A DNA stretch of 46,087 bases from Chitinophagaceae bacterium (GCA_035550155.1 DASZPW010000159.1:1-46087); one strand, 5' to 3'. Shown: positions 19,091 through 28,969, counted from the first letter of the stretch. Made by a program: numbers and translations. The notes: a model not told the origin generated them from the sequence alone.

Positions 19091-21019
19091 CTATTGACCC
19101 GTCACTTTCATTTCCGTTCTTCTGTTCATTGCCCGGCCTTCTTCAGTTTTGTTATCGGCAACCGGTTTTGTTTCTCCATAACCTTTATACGATAGCCGAT
19201 CGGCTGCAATTCCTTTGCTGACCAGGTAATTCACCACAGACTTAGCCCGGTTGTTGGAAAGAATAAGATTATCCGCCGGAGTTCCTACATTATCAGTGTG
19301 GCCACTGATCTCCACTTTCAATGTGGGATTATCATTTAATAATTGCACCAGTTTATCCAGTTCCACCTGTGATTCAGGTTTCAGATCAAATTTATTCACA
19401 TCAAAGAAAATATTGTTCAGCACAACAGAAGCATTCACTTCTATTGGCTGCAAAGCAATATTTTTTTCATAAGTGGAATCAGGTGAATGCTGGCTCAGGA
19501 AAAAATTATCCGAATAAAATAGGTATCCCTTACGGCTCACATTGAATGCATAATCTTTACCGACCGGTAATGTGACAAGATAATTCCCGGTTTCATCAGT
19601 TTGAATTTTAGAGATCAATTCTTTGGTGGCAAGATCGATCAGCTCCACAGAAGAAGGAAGGCCTTTCGTGGTTTTTTTATCAAACACCTGTCCTTTTACC
19701 CACAATGTTTTTTTCGGACGAATATCTTCTCTTAATTCGAAACTATAAATATCGAGACCGCCCCTGCTATCACTTCTGTCACTGGAATAATAAGCAGTTT
19801 TTCCATCAGCGGTGATGAACAAAGTTCCTTCACGGTTGATCGTGTTAATAGGATAACCAAGATTCACCGGTTGACTCCACACGCCATTCGGTCCTTTGCG
19901 AACATAAAACAGATCATCATCCCCATACCCCGGCCAATAATTGGAAGTGAAATACAAGGTTTGATTGTCGGCATGAATAAACGGGCATTGTTCATCGCCG
20001 GGAGTATTTACTGATGGACCTAGGTTTTCCGGTTCGCCCCATTTTCCATTCGGTTGCAGGTGGCTTACATAAATATCGCTGCCGCCATAGCCACCAAATC
20101 TTCTGCTGGCGAAATACAGATCTTTTTTATCGGGTGATAAACAGGGTTGCGATTCCCATTGATCAGAATTCACCATTCCGCCAAGATTGATGGCTTCACT
20201 CCATCCTTGCGGAGTGAGATAAGAAATATAAATGTCACAACTGCCAAAACCATCCGGACGATTACATCCGGTAAATACTAACCATTGCCCATCCTGTGAA
20301 ATATTTTGAGCGCCTTCATTCTGCGGAGTATTGATATCACCTTCCATGGGCTGCGCAAGATCCCATTCACCAAATTTCTTTCTGCTATAATAAAAATCTT
20401 CATTGCGGCCATTTACTCTCCTGGTGAAAACAAGCTCCTTTCCATCAATAGTCAATGAAGGAAAATATTCTGATTCAGCTGTGTTCACTCCATCGCCGAT
20501 ATTTTTCGGCGCAAATACATAACTGGTGTCCGGATGTTTTTTGGCATACGCTACCGCAAATTCATAACAGCCTTTTCGATATTGTGCTGCTTTCAGTGCC
20601 GTGGAGTTCTGAGGCGGTTTTTTATCTAAAAACTGGTTAACTGCATTCAATGCATCTTCAAACCTGCCCATGCCCGCAAGATCAATAGAATAAGAAAGTT
20701 TGAATTCTGCCGTATAATCTGAATCGAGTGCAAATGCTTTTTCATAATAGTCCACGCTATTTTGATAGTTTTTCATTTCCCCATACACACCAGCCAGCGA
20801 TAAGTAAGCATCTACATATTTATTGTCAATATCTATACTCTGGAGCAACAGCGCTTCCGCCTGCAGCAAAAAGCCGTCAGCTGCTTTATCCAGCGCCTGG
20901 CTGTAAAGCTGCACTGCTTTCTTTTTCACTTTTGATGGATCGTAGTTTTGAGCAGATGCATTGACTGCCATGAGACATAAGCAACAAACAATATTTGTAA
21001 TGTAGCGGGCTGCTTTCAT
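19091..21019 (-). CDS. OmpA-family protein with TPR, PD40 beta-propeller, carboxypeptidase-regulatory-like and OmpA_C domains (PorE-like architecture)
   Basis: 642 aa. Domains read by eye are N-terminal TPR-like helices (YVDAYLSLAGVYGEMKNYQNSVDYYEKAFALD), five PD40-like repeats (for example SLTIDGKELVFT, ISQDGQWLVFT, LSPDKKDLYFAS), a CRD-like segment (VKGQVFDKKT...GNYLVTLPVGKDY) and OmpA_C (ISGHTDNVGTPADNLILSNNRAKSV...NRRTEMKV). Confidence 0.8.
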   Translation of the reverse strand: MKAARYITNIVCCLCLMAVNASAQNYDPSKVKKKAVQLYSQALDKAADGFLLQAEALLLQSIDIDNKYVDAYLSLAGVYGEMKNYQNSVDYYEKAFALDSDYTAEFKLSYSIDLAGMGRFEDALNAVNQFLDKKPPQNSTALKAAQYRKGCYEFAVAYAKKHPDTSYVFAPKNIGDGVNTAESEYFPSLTIDGKELVFTRRVNGRNEDFYYSRKKFGEWDLAQPMEGDINTPQNEGAQNISQDGQWLVFTGCNRPDGFGSCDIYISYLTPQGWSEAINLGGMVNSDQWESQPCLSPDKKDLYFASRRFGGYGGSDIYVSHLQPNGKWGEPENLGPSVNTPGDEQCPFIHADNQTLYFTSNYWPGYGDDDLFYVRKGPNGVWSQPVNLGYPINTINREGTLFITADGKTAYYSSDRSDSRGGLDIYSFELREDIRPKKTLWVKGQVFDKKTTKGLPSSVELIDLATKELISKIQTDETGNYLVTLPVGKDYAFNVSRKGYLFYSDNFFLSQHSPDSTYEKNIALQPIEVNASVVLNNIFFDVNKFDLKPESQVELDKLVQLLNDNPTLKVEISGHTDNVGTPADNLILSNNRAKSVVNYLVSKGIAADRLSYKGYGETKPVADNKTEEGRAMNRRTEMKVTGQ

Positions 21020-21069
21020 AGCATGAAATTAGACAGGAATTATTAAAACGGATTCCAGGTGATATTATT

Positions 21070-21690
21070 TCAGGGAACATGAATGTATTTATGTATCTGC
21101 AAGCTCAATTCCCATTCCGGATGTTCTTTGATATAATCAATGATCAATGGAGTCATCTCTGCGGCTTTGTCCCATTCGGGTTGTAAATACAATTTACAAT
21201 TTGGTGAAACGAGTGCCGCATATTTTTCGGCCCAGTCAAAATCCGATTTATTAAAAACAATGACTTTTAGTTCGTTTGCTTTCGGTAAAATTTCCGGTAG
21301 CGGCGCTTTGAATTTTTTCGGAGATACGCAGATCCAATCCCAATTGCCGCTAAGCGGATAAGCGCCGGAAGTTTCAAGATGTGTTTTATATCCTGATTGT
21401 TTTAATTCTTTAGTCCATTCATTCAGATCATACATTAAAGGCTCGCCTCCGGTAATGACTACAATTTGTGCAGGAGTTTCTTTAATTTTTAATTTTAAAT
21501 TTTGAATTGCTGCTTTCTCATGTTTTTCCGCATCCCAACTTTCTTTGACATCGCACCATACACAGCCGACATCACATCCGCCAAGGCGAATGAAATACGC
21601 CGCTTTTCCCTGGTGAAAACCTTCTCCCTGCAACGTGTAGAAATGTTCCATCACAGGAATGTTGATTGTTGTATGTTTTTCTTCGGTCAT
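21070..21690 (-). CDS. queE: 7-carboxy-7-deazaguanine synthase (radical SAM)
   Basis: 206 aa with FYTLQGEGFHQGKAAYFIRLGGCDVGCVWCD, which contains the CX3CX2C radical-SAM cluster motif. Confidence 0.9.
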   Translation of the reverse strand: MTEEKHTTINIPVMEHFYTLQGEGFHQGKAAYFIRLGGCDVGCVWCDVKESWDAEKHEKAAIQNLKLKIKETPAQIVVITGGEPLMYDLNEWTKELKQSGYKTHLETSGAYPLSGNWDWICVSPKKFKAPLPEILPKANELKVIVFNKSDFDWAEKYAALVSPNCKLYLQPEWDKAAEMTPLIIDYIKEHPEWELSLQIHKYIHVP

Positions 21691-21766
21691 TCTTATTGTT
21701 CAATTGCTGAATTGTTTGATGGTTGGATTGACAATAAAACCAGTTAGCCATCAATCCATCTTCCTC

Positions 21767-22642
21767 TCAGTTCTTTGCCGTACACGAACGAAAAGTATTT
21801 TTCAATAAAGCAGCAATCGTCATTGGTCCCACGCCGCCCGGCACCGGAGTTATCCAGGAGCATTTCGGTGCTACCGTTTCAAATTGCACATCTCCTTTTA
21901 ATTTGAACCCTGATTTTTTTGTAGCATCCGGTACTCTTGTAATGCCAACATCAATCACCACTGCGCCATCTTTTACCATATCGGCAGTTACGATCTCCGG
22001 TTTACCGAGAGCTGCTACAATGATATCAGCCTGCAAACAGCGTTCTTTCAGATCTTTTGTGTGAGAGTGGCAAACAGTTACTGTGCAATTGCCGGGGTTT
22101 GAATTATTGCTGAGTAAAATACTCACCGGCCTTCCTACTATATTACTTCTGCCGATCACTACAGCAAGTTTTCCGTCCGTTTCAATTTTGTAATGCTGTA
22201 GTAGCAACATGATGCCGAAAGGAGTTGCCGGAACGAAAGCCGGAAGTCCCTGGATCAATTTTCCTGCATTCACCGGATGAAATCCGTCCACATCTTTGTC
22301 AGGATGTATGGCATTGATCACTTCGTCATTGGAAATATGTTTTGGTAATGGCAGTTGTACTAAAATACCGTCAACATCGGGATCGTTATTCAGTTTTTCG
22401 ATCTCCTCAAGCAATTTGTTCTTGTAAATATTTTCTTCAAAACGGATCAATGTGGATTTAAAACCGACCTCTTCACAGGCTTTTACTTTGCTTGCAACAT
22501 ATGTTTCGCTGGCACCATTATTTCCTACTAACACTGCAGCCAGGTGCGGTGTTTTTTTTCCTTCTATTGCCATTTGTGCTACTTCAATTTTCAATTCATC
22601 CTTGATGGCTTGTGCTGCTTTTTTCCCGTCTAAAATTTGCAT
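21767..22642 (-). CDS. folD: Bifunctional methylenetetrahydrofolate dehydrogenase/cyclohydrolase
   Basis: Track ORF extends to 22672; ATG 22642 gives the canonical [17 protein letters not shown]. Also present are [13 protein letters not shown] and [11 protein letters not shown]...[10 protein letters not shown]. Confidence 0.95.
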   Translation of the reverse strand: MQILDGKKAAQAIKDELKIEVAQMAIEGKKTPHLAAVLVGNNGASETYVASKVKACEEVGFKSTLIRFEENIYKNKLLEEIEKLNNDPDVDGILVQLPLPKHISNDEVINAIHPDKDVDGFHPVNAGKLIQGLPAFVPATPFGIMLLLQHYKIETDGKLAVVIGRSNIVGRPVSILLSNNSNPGNCTVTVCHSHTKDLKERCLQADIIVAALGKPEIVTADMVKDGAVVIDVGITRVPDATKKSGFKLKGDVQFETVAPKCSWITPVPGGVGPMTIAALLKNTFRSCTAKN

Positions 22643-22646
22643 GGCG

Positions 22647-22654
22647 CAAAGGTA
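22647..22654 (-). promoter_or_regulatory. Candidate -7 box (TACCTTTG) 4 nt upstream of the folD ATG
   Basis: The minus strand reads TACCTTTG-cgcc-ATG. Confidence 0.4.
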
Positions 22655-22743
22655 AGAGGCAGCCTCCTGCATGCCAAACCGGTTATTTCATTTTATTTTG
22701 TTACTCACATGCATACTTGTAACTTTCACAAAAATTTTATCTA

Positions 22744-23574
22744 TTGAAAAGAAAATTTACCCTTGCTGGTTTTTTACTTTTCCTGGTAGCTGTTACTGCA
22801 GAATCACAGGTCATACGCAGACCGGTGGCAGCACCGTATATCGGGCTGGGCGCATATAGCAAACGGCACCAGGATATTTTTTCTTTTACTTCCAACCAGG
22901 CAGCATTAGCGCAGCTCAGCAATGCAGCAATAGGAGTGTATGGTGAAAGAAGATTTTTGCTCAATGATCTTAATAATTATACTGCAGCACTGGCATTGCC
23001 TACATCGTCAGGAAATTTTGGACTGAAAACAGGTTATTTTGGTTCGTCCGATTATAACGAAACACAGATTGGGTTGGCATATGGAAGGAAGATGGGAGAA
23101 AAGGTGGACATTGGCGCACAATTTAATTACAATGCGATCCGCATTTCCGGCTATGGCAGCTCTTCGGCAGTCAGTTTTGAGATCGGGACAGTACTTCATG
23201 CAACGGAACAACTTCACATAGGAATACATGCCAATAATCCTGTAGGTGGTAAATTCGGAAAGGACCAGGAAGAAAAATTGCCCTCTGTTTACAGTTTTGG
23301 GATCGGGTATGATGCATCAGAAAAATTTTATTTCAGCACAGAGATCGTGAAAGAAGAAGATCAGCCGGTAAATGTAAATGTCGGGATTCAATATAAATTA
23401 TTACCGCAATTACTGGCAAGGGCAGGTATGGAGACCGCTACTTCTTCTGCGTGGGCCGGCATTGGAATATCATGGAAAGTTTTCCGCATCGATGTGACCA
23501 CTACCTATCACCCGGAACTGGGAGTGAGCCCGGGATTATTAATGCTTTTCAACTTTAATCAAAAGGAAAATTGA
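22744..23574 (+). CDS. Small outer-membrane beta-barrel protein, uncharacterised (possibly distant PorP/PorQ-like)
   Basis: 276 aa with a TTG start and signal peptide MKRKFTLAGFLLFLVAVTAESQ. It shows alternating amphipathic strands rich in G/Y/F. Its stop overlaps the next gene's TTG start (TTGA). Confidence 0.55.
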   Translation: MKRKFTLAGFLLFLVAVTAESQVIRRPVAAPYIGLGAYSKRHQDIFSFTSNQAALAQLSNAAIGVYGERRFLLNDLNNYTAALALPTSSGNFGLKTGYFGSSDYNETQIGLAYGRKMGEKVDIGAQFNYNAIRISGYGSSSAVSFEIGTVLHATEQLHIGIHANNPVGGKFGKDQEEKLPSVYSFGIGYDASEKFYFSTEIVKEEDQPVNVNVGIQYKLLPQLLARAGMETATSSAWAGIGISWKVFRIDVTTTYHPELGVSPGLLMLFNFNQKEN

Positions 23575-25613
23575 AAAAGGCGGCGATCATATTGGTTTTG
23601 TTTCAACTGCTGTTTTATCATATTAACGCCCAGGAAATACCGCAGATCACTGAACAAAAACTGGAAAACCTGACCGATGCAGATCAGTCAGAAACGGAAG
23701 ATGATTCATACCTGCTGGAACTGGAACAATTCAGAAAAAACCCGGTGAACCTTAATACGGCAGATGAAAATGAGCTGAAGGAACTCAGAATTCTCTCCGA
23801 TCTCCAGATCAGCAATTTACTTTCTTACAGAAACCTGTTTGGAAAACTTATAAGCATTTATGAATTGCAATCCGTACCTACCTGGGATATCATCACCATA
23901 AAAAAATTATTGCCTTTCATCACCATTTCGTCTCCTGTTTCTGTATCTCAAAATATCGGAACAAGGTTAAGAGGCGGCGACAATAGTTTATTAGTTCGTT
24001 ATTCACAGATACTGGAACGTTCTGTTGGTTTTGATAAATCCACGTCGGGTACGAAATATTTAGGCAGTCCGCAAAAATTATTTTTCCGCTACCGCTATTC
24101 GTATAAAAATTTATTGCAGTATGGATTGGTAGGAGATAAGGATGCCGGCGAACAATTTTTTCGTGGAGCGCAGAAGCAGGGTTTTGATTTTTATTCATTT
24201 CATTTTTTTGCAAGAAAGATCGGCGTTATTCAATCACTCGCTCTCGGCGATTTTACGGTGAACATGGGGCAGGGATTGATACAATGGCAGGGACTTGCTT
24301 ATGGCAAAAGTGCCGATGTAACAGGCGTGAAGCGCCAATCCACTATTTTAAGACCGTATAATTCTGCCGGAGAATATAATTTTCATCGCGGCGTAGGCAT
24401 CACTATTCAAAAAAATCATGTCGAAGCCACTGCATTTGCTTCAATAAGAAAGATCAGCGCCAACTTTGTTGCAGATACAGTTAACAGTACAGATTTTTTC
24501 TCGTCATTTCTCACATCAGGATATAATCGTACTGCCAGCGAAATTGATGACCGGAACGATCTTACACAAACTGCGTTCGGCGGAAATGTTATGTACAGGA
24601 CTGACCGTTGGCATGTAGGTGTCAATGGTATTTATTATCATTTTTCAGTGCCTATTCAAAAAAGAGCCGAGCCATATAACCTGTATGCAATAAGTGGAAA
24701 TAACTGGGGCAACATGAGTGTTGATTATAGTTATACATTCAGGAATTTTCATTTTTTTGGAGAAGCAGCTGTTGACAAAAATTTTGATAAAGCCATGGTG
24801 AATGGTTTGCTGATCAGTGCCGATCGAAGAGTAGATCTTTCTATTGTACAGCGATCGATTAGCCCGGGTTATCAATCTATAAACGGAAATGCATATACTG
24901 AAAACACGTATCCTACCAATGAAAAAGGTATATATGCAGGCATCAGCATTCACCCAAATTCTTCGCTGCGATTTGATGCTTACGGTGACCTCTACCGGTT
25001 TCCCTGGCTGAAATACCAGGTAGATGCGCCCAGTTATGGAAAAGATTTCCTGGCGCAGCTTACCTATTCCCAGGGCTACAATATGGAAGTATATACCAGG
25101 TTTCGCAGTGAATCAAAACAGGGAAATGAACCTGGCAATACCAGTGCCACCAACTATCTTGTCTTTTTACCCAAACAAAGCTGGCGCACACAGGTCAGTT
25201 ATAAAATAAATCCCGCAATAACATTACGAAGCCGTGTAGAATTATTGTGGTTTGATAAGAACAGTCCCGGAAAAGAAAATGGGTTCCTCACCTTTTTTGA
25301 TTTTTTGTATAAGCCATTACTAAAACCATTCTCAGGCAATCTCCGGCTTCAGTATTTTGAGACTGACAGCTATAATTCCAGGCTCTATGCTTTTGAAAAT
25401 GACGTGTTGTATAGTTTTTCAATCCCGGTTTTTTATGGAAAAGGCTACCGGTACTATGTAAATGTGAATTATGATATTAGTAAAAAAATTTCTATATGGA
25501 TGCGCTGGGCGCAAAGCATTTATCCCGGACAAACCACAATCGGGTCGGGCCTGGATACAATTAATGGCGATTTAAAGAGCGAAATAAAACTAGAAGCAAG
25601 GCTACTTTTTTAA
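23571..25613 (+). CDS. Secreted protein with an N-terminal ComEA-like helix-hairpin-helix module fused to a large predicted OM beta-barrel
   Basis: 680 aa with a TTG start and signal peptide MKKAAIILVLFQLLFYHINAQ. VNLNTADENELKELRILSDLQISNLLSYRNLFGKLISIYELQSVPTWDIITIKKLLPFI resembles the ComEA HhH fold. About 550 aa of alternating beta-strand pattern follow. The protein ends in ...EARLLF, a C-terminal Phe typical of an OMP beta-signal. Confidence 0.7.
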   Translation: MKKAAIILVLFQLLFYHINAQEIPQITEQKLENLTDADQSETEDDSYLLELEQFRKNPVNLNTADENELKELRILSDLQISNLLSYRNLFGKLISIYELQSVPTWDIITIKKLLPFITISSPVSVSQNIGTRLRGGDNSLLVRYSQILERSVGFDKSTSGTKYLGSPQKLFFRYRYSYKNLLQYGLVGDKDAGEQFFRGAQKQGFDFYSFHFFARKIGVIQSLALGDFTVNMGQGLIQWQGLAYGKSADVTGVKRQSTILRPYNSAGEYNFHRGVGITIQKNHVEATAFASIRKISANFVADTVNSTDFFSSFLTSGYNRTASEIDDRNDLTQTAFGGNVMYRTDRWHVGVNGIYYHFSVPIQKRAEPYNLYAISGNNWGNMSVDYSYTFRNFHFFGEAAVDKNFDKAMVNGLLISADRRVDLSIVQRSISPGYQSINGNAYTENTYPTNEKGIYAGISIHPNSSLRFDAYGDLYRFPWLKYQVDAPSYGKDFLAQLTYSQGYNMEVYTRFRSESKQGNEPGNTSATNYLVFLPKQSWRTQVSYKINPAITLRSRVELLWFDKNSPGKENGFLTFFDFLYKPLLKPFSGNLRLQYFETDSYNSRLYAFENDVLYSFSIPVFYGKGYRYYVNVNYDISKKISIWMRWAQSIYPGQTTIGSGLDTINGDLKSEIKLEARLLF

Positions 25614-25755
25614 AGAAATTAATCAAATGTTAAAAAAATCTTTATTTTGCCGCAGCATTTTTAAAAGAATGCCTGTCTTGACCATTAATCACCCCCTTTG
25701 AAATACGTTGTTACTTGTTGATTTTTTAAAGTTTAAATTTAAAAACAAACGTTAC

Positions 25756-28700
25756 ATGAGAAAATTTGCATCACTGCTCGCAGTGCTATTCCTTTTTGTG
25801 GGATGGACTTTCGGGCAAAATCAAACCATCACCGGTTCAGTAAAAACTGCCGGCGGCAACGCAGTTCCGTTTGCAAGTATCCAGGTTAAGGAAACAAGAA
25901 ATGGAACCATCGCCGATGAACACGGAGTTTTTTCCATCAAAGCAAAGATTGGTGAAACACTCATCATCAGTGCTTCCGGTTTCTCAACCAAGGAAGTTGC
26001 CATCAGCACTTCATCTGTTCAGGTTACATTGGACGCCACCGGCGGACTTAGTGAAGTAGTGGTTACGACTACTGCCCTTGGTATTAAAAGGGCTTCCAAA
26101 GAGATCGGTTATTCCACTGCAAATATCTCTGCCAGCTCCATTACTGAAAGCAAATCCTTTAATCTTGCACAGGCGCTTACTAACAAAGTTTCAGGACTTG
26201 TGGTGTATAATACCAGCGCTTCAGTAAATGCTTCTCCAAGGGTTTTATTACGTGGTCTTCGTTCTATGACCGGTGATAATACAGCGTTGGTTGTATTAGA
26301 CGGAGTAGCAGTTCCGTCCAACACGCTGAATTATATCAACCCTAATGATGTAGAAAGTGTGAGCATCATGAAAGGTGGACAGGCTGCAACGCTTTTCGGA
26401 TCAGATGGTGTAAATGGTGCCATTATTATTAATACCAAGAAAGGAAGTAAAAGGCCGGAAATTACTGTTTCCAATTCATTCAACGTAGAACAACTGGCAT
26501 ATCTGCCAAAATTCCAGGAGGAATTTGGTTCGGGTTCTGCTTATGGTGCCAATCTTCATGAGGATTTTCACCCGGCAGAAAACCAGCAATATGGTGATGC
26601 ATTTGATGGCAGCCTTCGTCACCCGGGCCGTGTATTGCAGGATGGCTCTTACCTGACCTATCCTTATTCATTTGTTCCCGGTGTTCGTAAGAACATCTGG
26701 AATACAGGACAAACAAATCAAACAGATATTTCTTACAGGGCAGGCAATGAAGCAAGTAATATATATACGTCTTACCAAAGAGTACAGACTTCCGGTATCG
26801 TTCCAGGCGACCGGTATGAAAGGAATGCTTTAAGGCTGAATGCATCAAATACGTACAAACGCCTAACTATAAGCTTTGACGCTACATACACCTGGGATAA
26901 AACAAACAGAACCACCACGGATTATTATTTTTATTCTCTGAACGTTCCGGGATGGATCCCTATTAATGATTTCAGAGATTGGAAAAACAATCCGTTTGGT
27001 GACCTTAATGGATATTTTAATGATTATTATCTTAACCCATATTGGTTGCTTGATAATAACCGTTCACAGGGAAAGAATAATTATTTCAATGGTAACATTA
27101 CTGCTAAGTACAAAATAAATGATGCGTTAAACCTGAATGTAAGAATTGGTATAGCAAATACAGAAGGAACAAATACCAATACTGCTAATCCGTATACTTA
27201 CAGCACATGGTCATCCAGCACCAGTGGTGCTTATTTGACCGGTTACAACAGGGATTATGATTATGTTTTGACTGGTGCAGGTTTTTATAAAGCCAGGTCT
27301 CCGATTCCCGGTAGCATGAGCGAATCTTATTCATACGGAAACAGAATTAATGGGGATGCGTTTGCTACCTATAATAAAAATTTCGGCGATTTCTCTTTAA
27401 AAACAGTATTGGGAGATAACGTTCAGATCCGCAGAGGTAAAAATATAGGTGTTTCCACTTCTGCTCTTACATTCCCTGATTATTTTAATCTTGTTAACTC
27501 CGCTACTGGTTTATATACCGGTTCGGATAGCAGATCAGAGCAGCGTAAAACCGGTGCTTATTTAGATGCAACATTAGGATACAGAGGTTATTTGTTTTTA
27601 CATGGTACAGCCCGTCATGACTGGACCTCTGTTTTCTACAAGGAAAATCGTGATTCCAAATTATACCAATATACTACCTGGGGTGCGGATGCGTCATTCT
27701 CAGTATTGGATGCTATTGGATATAAAAGCGATGTGTTAAGCTATGCGAAAGTTCGTGCCAGCTACAACATAAACCGTAATGATAATATCGGGCCTTATAA
27801 TCTCGATCAGACTTATGGTTTCTCTTCCGGATTTCCGTTCTCTGGCCTGATCGGTATGGGTACAGGCGGTTCTCTGCCGTTCTCTTCTTTAACTGCTGAA
27901 AAAGTATCTTCAGCAGAAGCAGGAATTGAGTTAGGCTTCTGGAAAAACAGGATCACTTTAGAAGCTTCTTACTACAGGCAGATAGCTGACCAGCAAATTT
28001 TAAGTGCAGCTGTATCTCCAGCTACCGGTATCCAGTCTATTCTAACCAATGCTGCAAAAGTTAGGAACCACGGTTTGGATGGCGAACTGAAGATGAATCT
28101 TATTCATAACCGTGACTGGAACCTGAACCTCGACTTCAACTATACATATAATACTAACAGGGTAACCGATTTGTATGTGGATGGATTCACTTCTCTCCAA
28201 TACCAGACAAGCAGTAACTTAAACTTAAATGCAGAGTTGAACAAAATGTTCCCTTATCTGAAAGTCACTTACTTTAACAGGGATTCTGCGAGTGGTAAAG
28301 TCATTGTTGATCCTTCAACCGGATGGCCAACAAAAGCTTCGGGTCTTGAAGGTGTAGGTAATACAATGCCAAAACAACTGCTTGGCGTGAACCTGAATGT
28401 TTCATGGAAAGGCTTCTCACTGGAAGCAAATGCTGAATACCGCGGAGACTATGTGATCTATAATGCTCTTGGAGAAGACATGATGTTTACAGGTACTTCT
28501 GCTATCAGCACCATTTACCACAGGCAACAGTTCATCTGGCCTAATTCCGTTTATTACGATGCGGGAAGCAGCAAATATTTGCCTAATGATAAATATGCTG
28601 TATCGCAATACTATGGTGGTTACTATGGCTTTGGTGATCTCAGCAACGGTTCCAGCTTACATAATGTAGGTGAGACGTTCTTCAGCTCAGGCGATTTCTG

Positions 28701-28944
28701 GAAATTACGTGTTGTTACACTGTCTTATGATTTTAATACAGCGAAACTGGGCAATTTTGGAAAGGTTGTTAAAGGCTTAACCATTAGCGCCTGGGGACGT
28801 AACCTGAAAACCTGGCTTGCTGCCGATAATTGGTTTACTGATCCGGAGTTTTCAAATACAAACGGAAACAGTATTGGTATCAATACAACAGGAAATACTC
28901 CTCCAACACGTCAGTTTGGTGGTACGATCAAAGTTGTATTCTAA
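25756..28944 (+). CDS. SusC/RagA-family TonB-dependent outer-membrane transporter (no STN domain)
   Basis: Track ORF starts at 25708; ATG 25756 gives signal peptide MRKFASLLAVLFLFVGWTFGQ. A CarboxypepD_reg-like domain is followed by a plug (SEVVVTTTALGIKRASKEIGYS...) and a barrel ending ...GGTIKVVF. Confidence 0.9.
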   Translation: MRKFASLLAVLFLFVGWTFGQNQTITGSVKTAGGNAVPFASIQVKETRNGTIADEHGVFSIKAKIGETLIISASGFSTKEVAISTSSVQVTLDATGGLSEVVVTTTALGIKRASKEIGYSTANISASSITESKSFNLAQALTNKVSGLVVYNTSASVNASPRVLLRGLRSMTGDNTALVVLDGVAVPSNTLNYINPNDVESVSIMKGGQAATLFGSDGVNGAIIINTKKGSKRPEITVSNSFNVEQLAYLPKFQEEFGSGSAYGANLHEDFHPAENQQYGDAFDGSLRHPGRVLQDGSYLTYPYSFVPGVRKNIWNTGQTNQTDISYRAGNEASNIYTSYQRVQTSGIVPGDRYERNALRLNASNTYKRLTISFDATYTWDKTNRTTTDYYFYSLNVPGWIPINDFRDWKNNPFGDLNGYFNDYYLNPYWLLDNNRSQGKNNYFNGNITAKYKINDALNLNVRIGIANTEGTNTNTANPYTYSTWSSSTSGAYLTGYNRDYDYVLTGAGFYKARSPIPGSMSESYSYGNRINGDAFATYNKNFGDFSLKTVLGDNVQIRRGKNIGVSTSALTFPDYFNLVNSATGLYTGSDSRSEQRKTGAYLDATLGYRGYLFLHGTARHDWTSVFYKENRDSKLYQYTTWGADASFSVLDAIGYKSDVLSYAKVRASYNINRNDNIGPYNLDQTYGFSSGFPFSGLIGMGTGGSLPFSSLTAEKVSSAEAGIELGFWKNRITLEASYYRQIADQQILSAAVSPATGIQSILTNAAKVRNHGLDGELKMNLIHNRDWNLNLDFNYTYNTNRVTDLYVDGFTSLQYQTSSNLNLNAELNKMFPYLKVTYFNRDSASGKVIVDPSTGWPTKASGLEGVGNTMPKQLLGVNLNVSWKGFSLEANAEYRGDYVIYNALGEDMMFTGTSAISTIYHRQQFIWPNSVYYDAGSSKYLPNDKYAVSQYYGGYYGFGDLSNGSSLHNVGETFFSSGDFWKLRVVTLSYDFNTAKLGNFGKVVKGLTISAWGRNLKTWLAADNWFTDPEFSNTNGNSIGINTTGNTPPTRQFGGTIKVVF

Positions 28945-28969
28945 ATCTTTTAAATTAAAATATTCGACA

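Noticed and set aside
21070-21690. queE as a possible marker of a 7-deazaguanine DNA-modification (Dpd-type) defence island.
   Set aside because: No dpdA/tgt-like, queC/queD, helicase or nuclease genes are adjacent. queE sits directly downstream of folD in a housekeeping context, so it is most simply the queuosine pathway gene.
17911-25613. A possible 'competence/DNA-processing island' linking dprA, the HhH-barrel gene, ruvA and radC.
   Set aside because: The genes are separated by unrelated housekeeping genes on different strands and in different transcription units. dprA, ruvA and radC are near-universal core genes. Only the 22744-25613 pair is kept as a finding on its own merits.
28817-28969. 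N-terminal extensions of track ORFs that overlap the preceding gene: SusD1 from 28817 and SusD2 from 34949. Upstream extensions were also considered for the ORFs starting at 728, 2441, 25708 and 41263 and those ending at 11153, 14182, 15712, 17885 and 22672.
   Set aside because: Internal start codons give canonical N-termini or signal/lipoprotein peptides. The extensions overlap upstream genes or hairpins and have non-protein-like composition.
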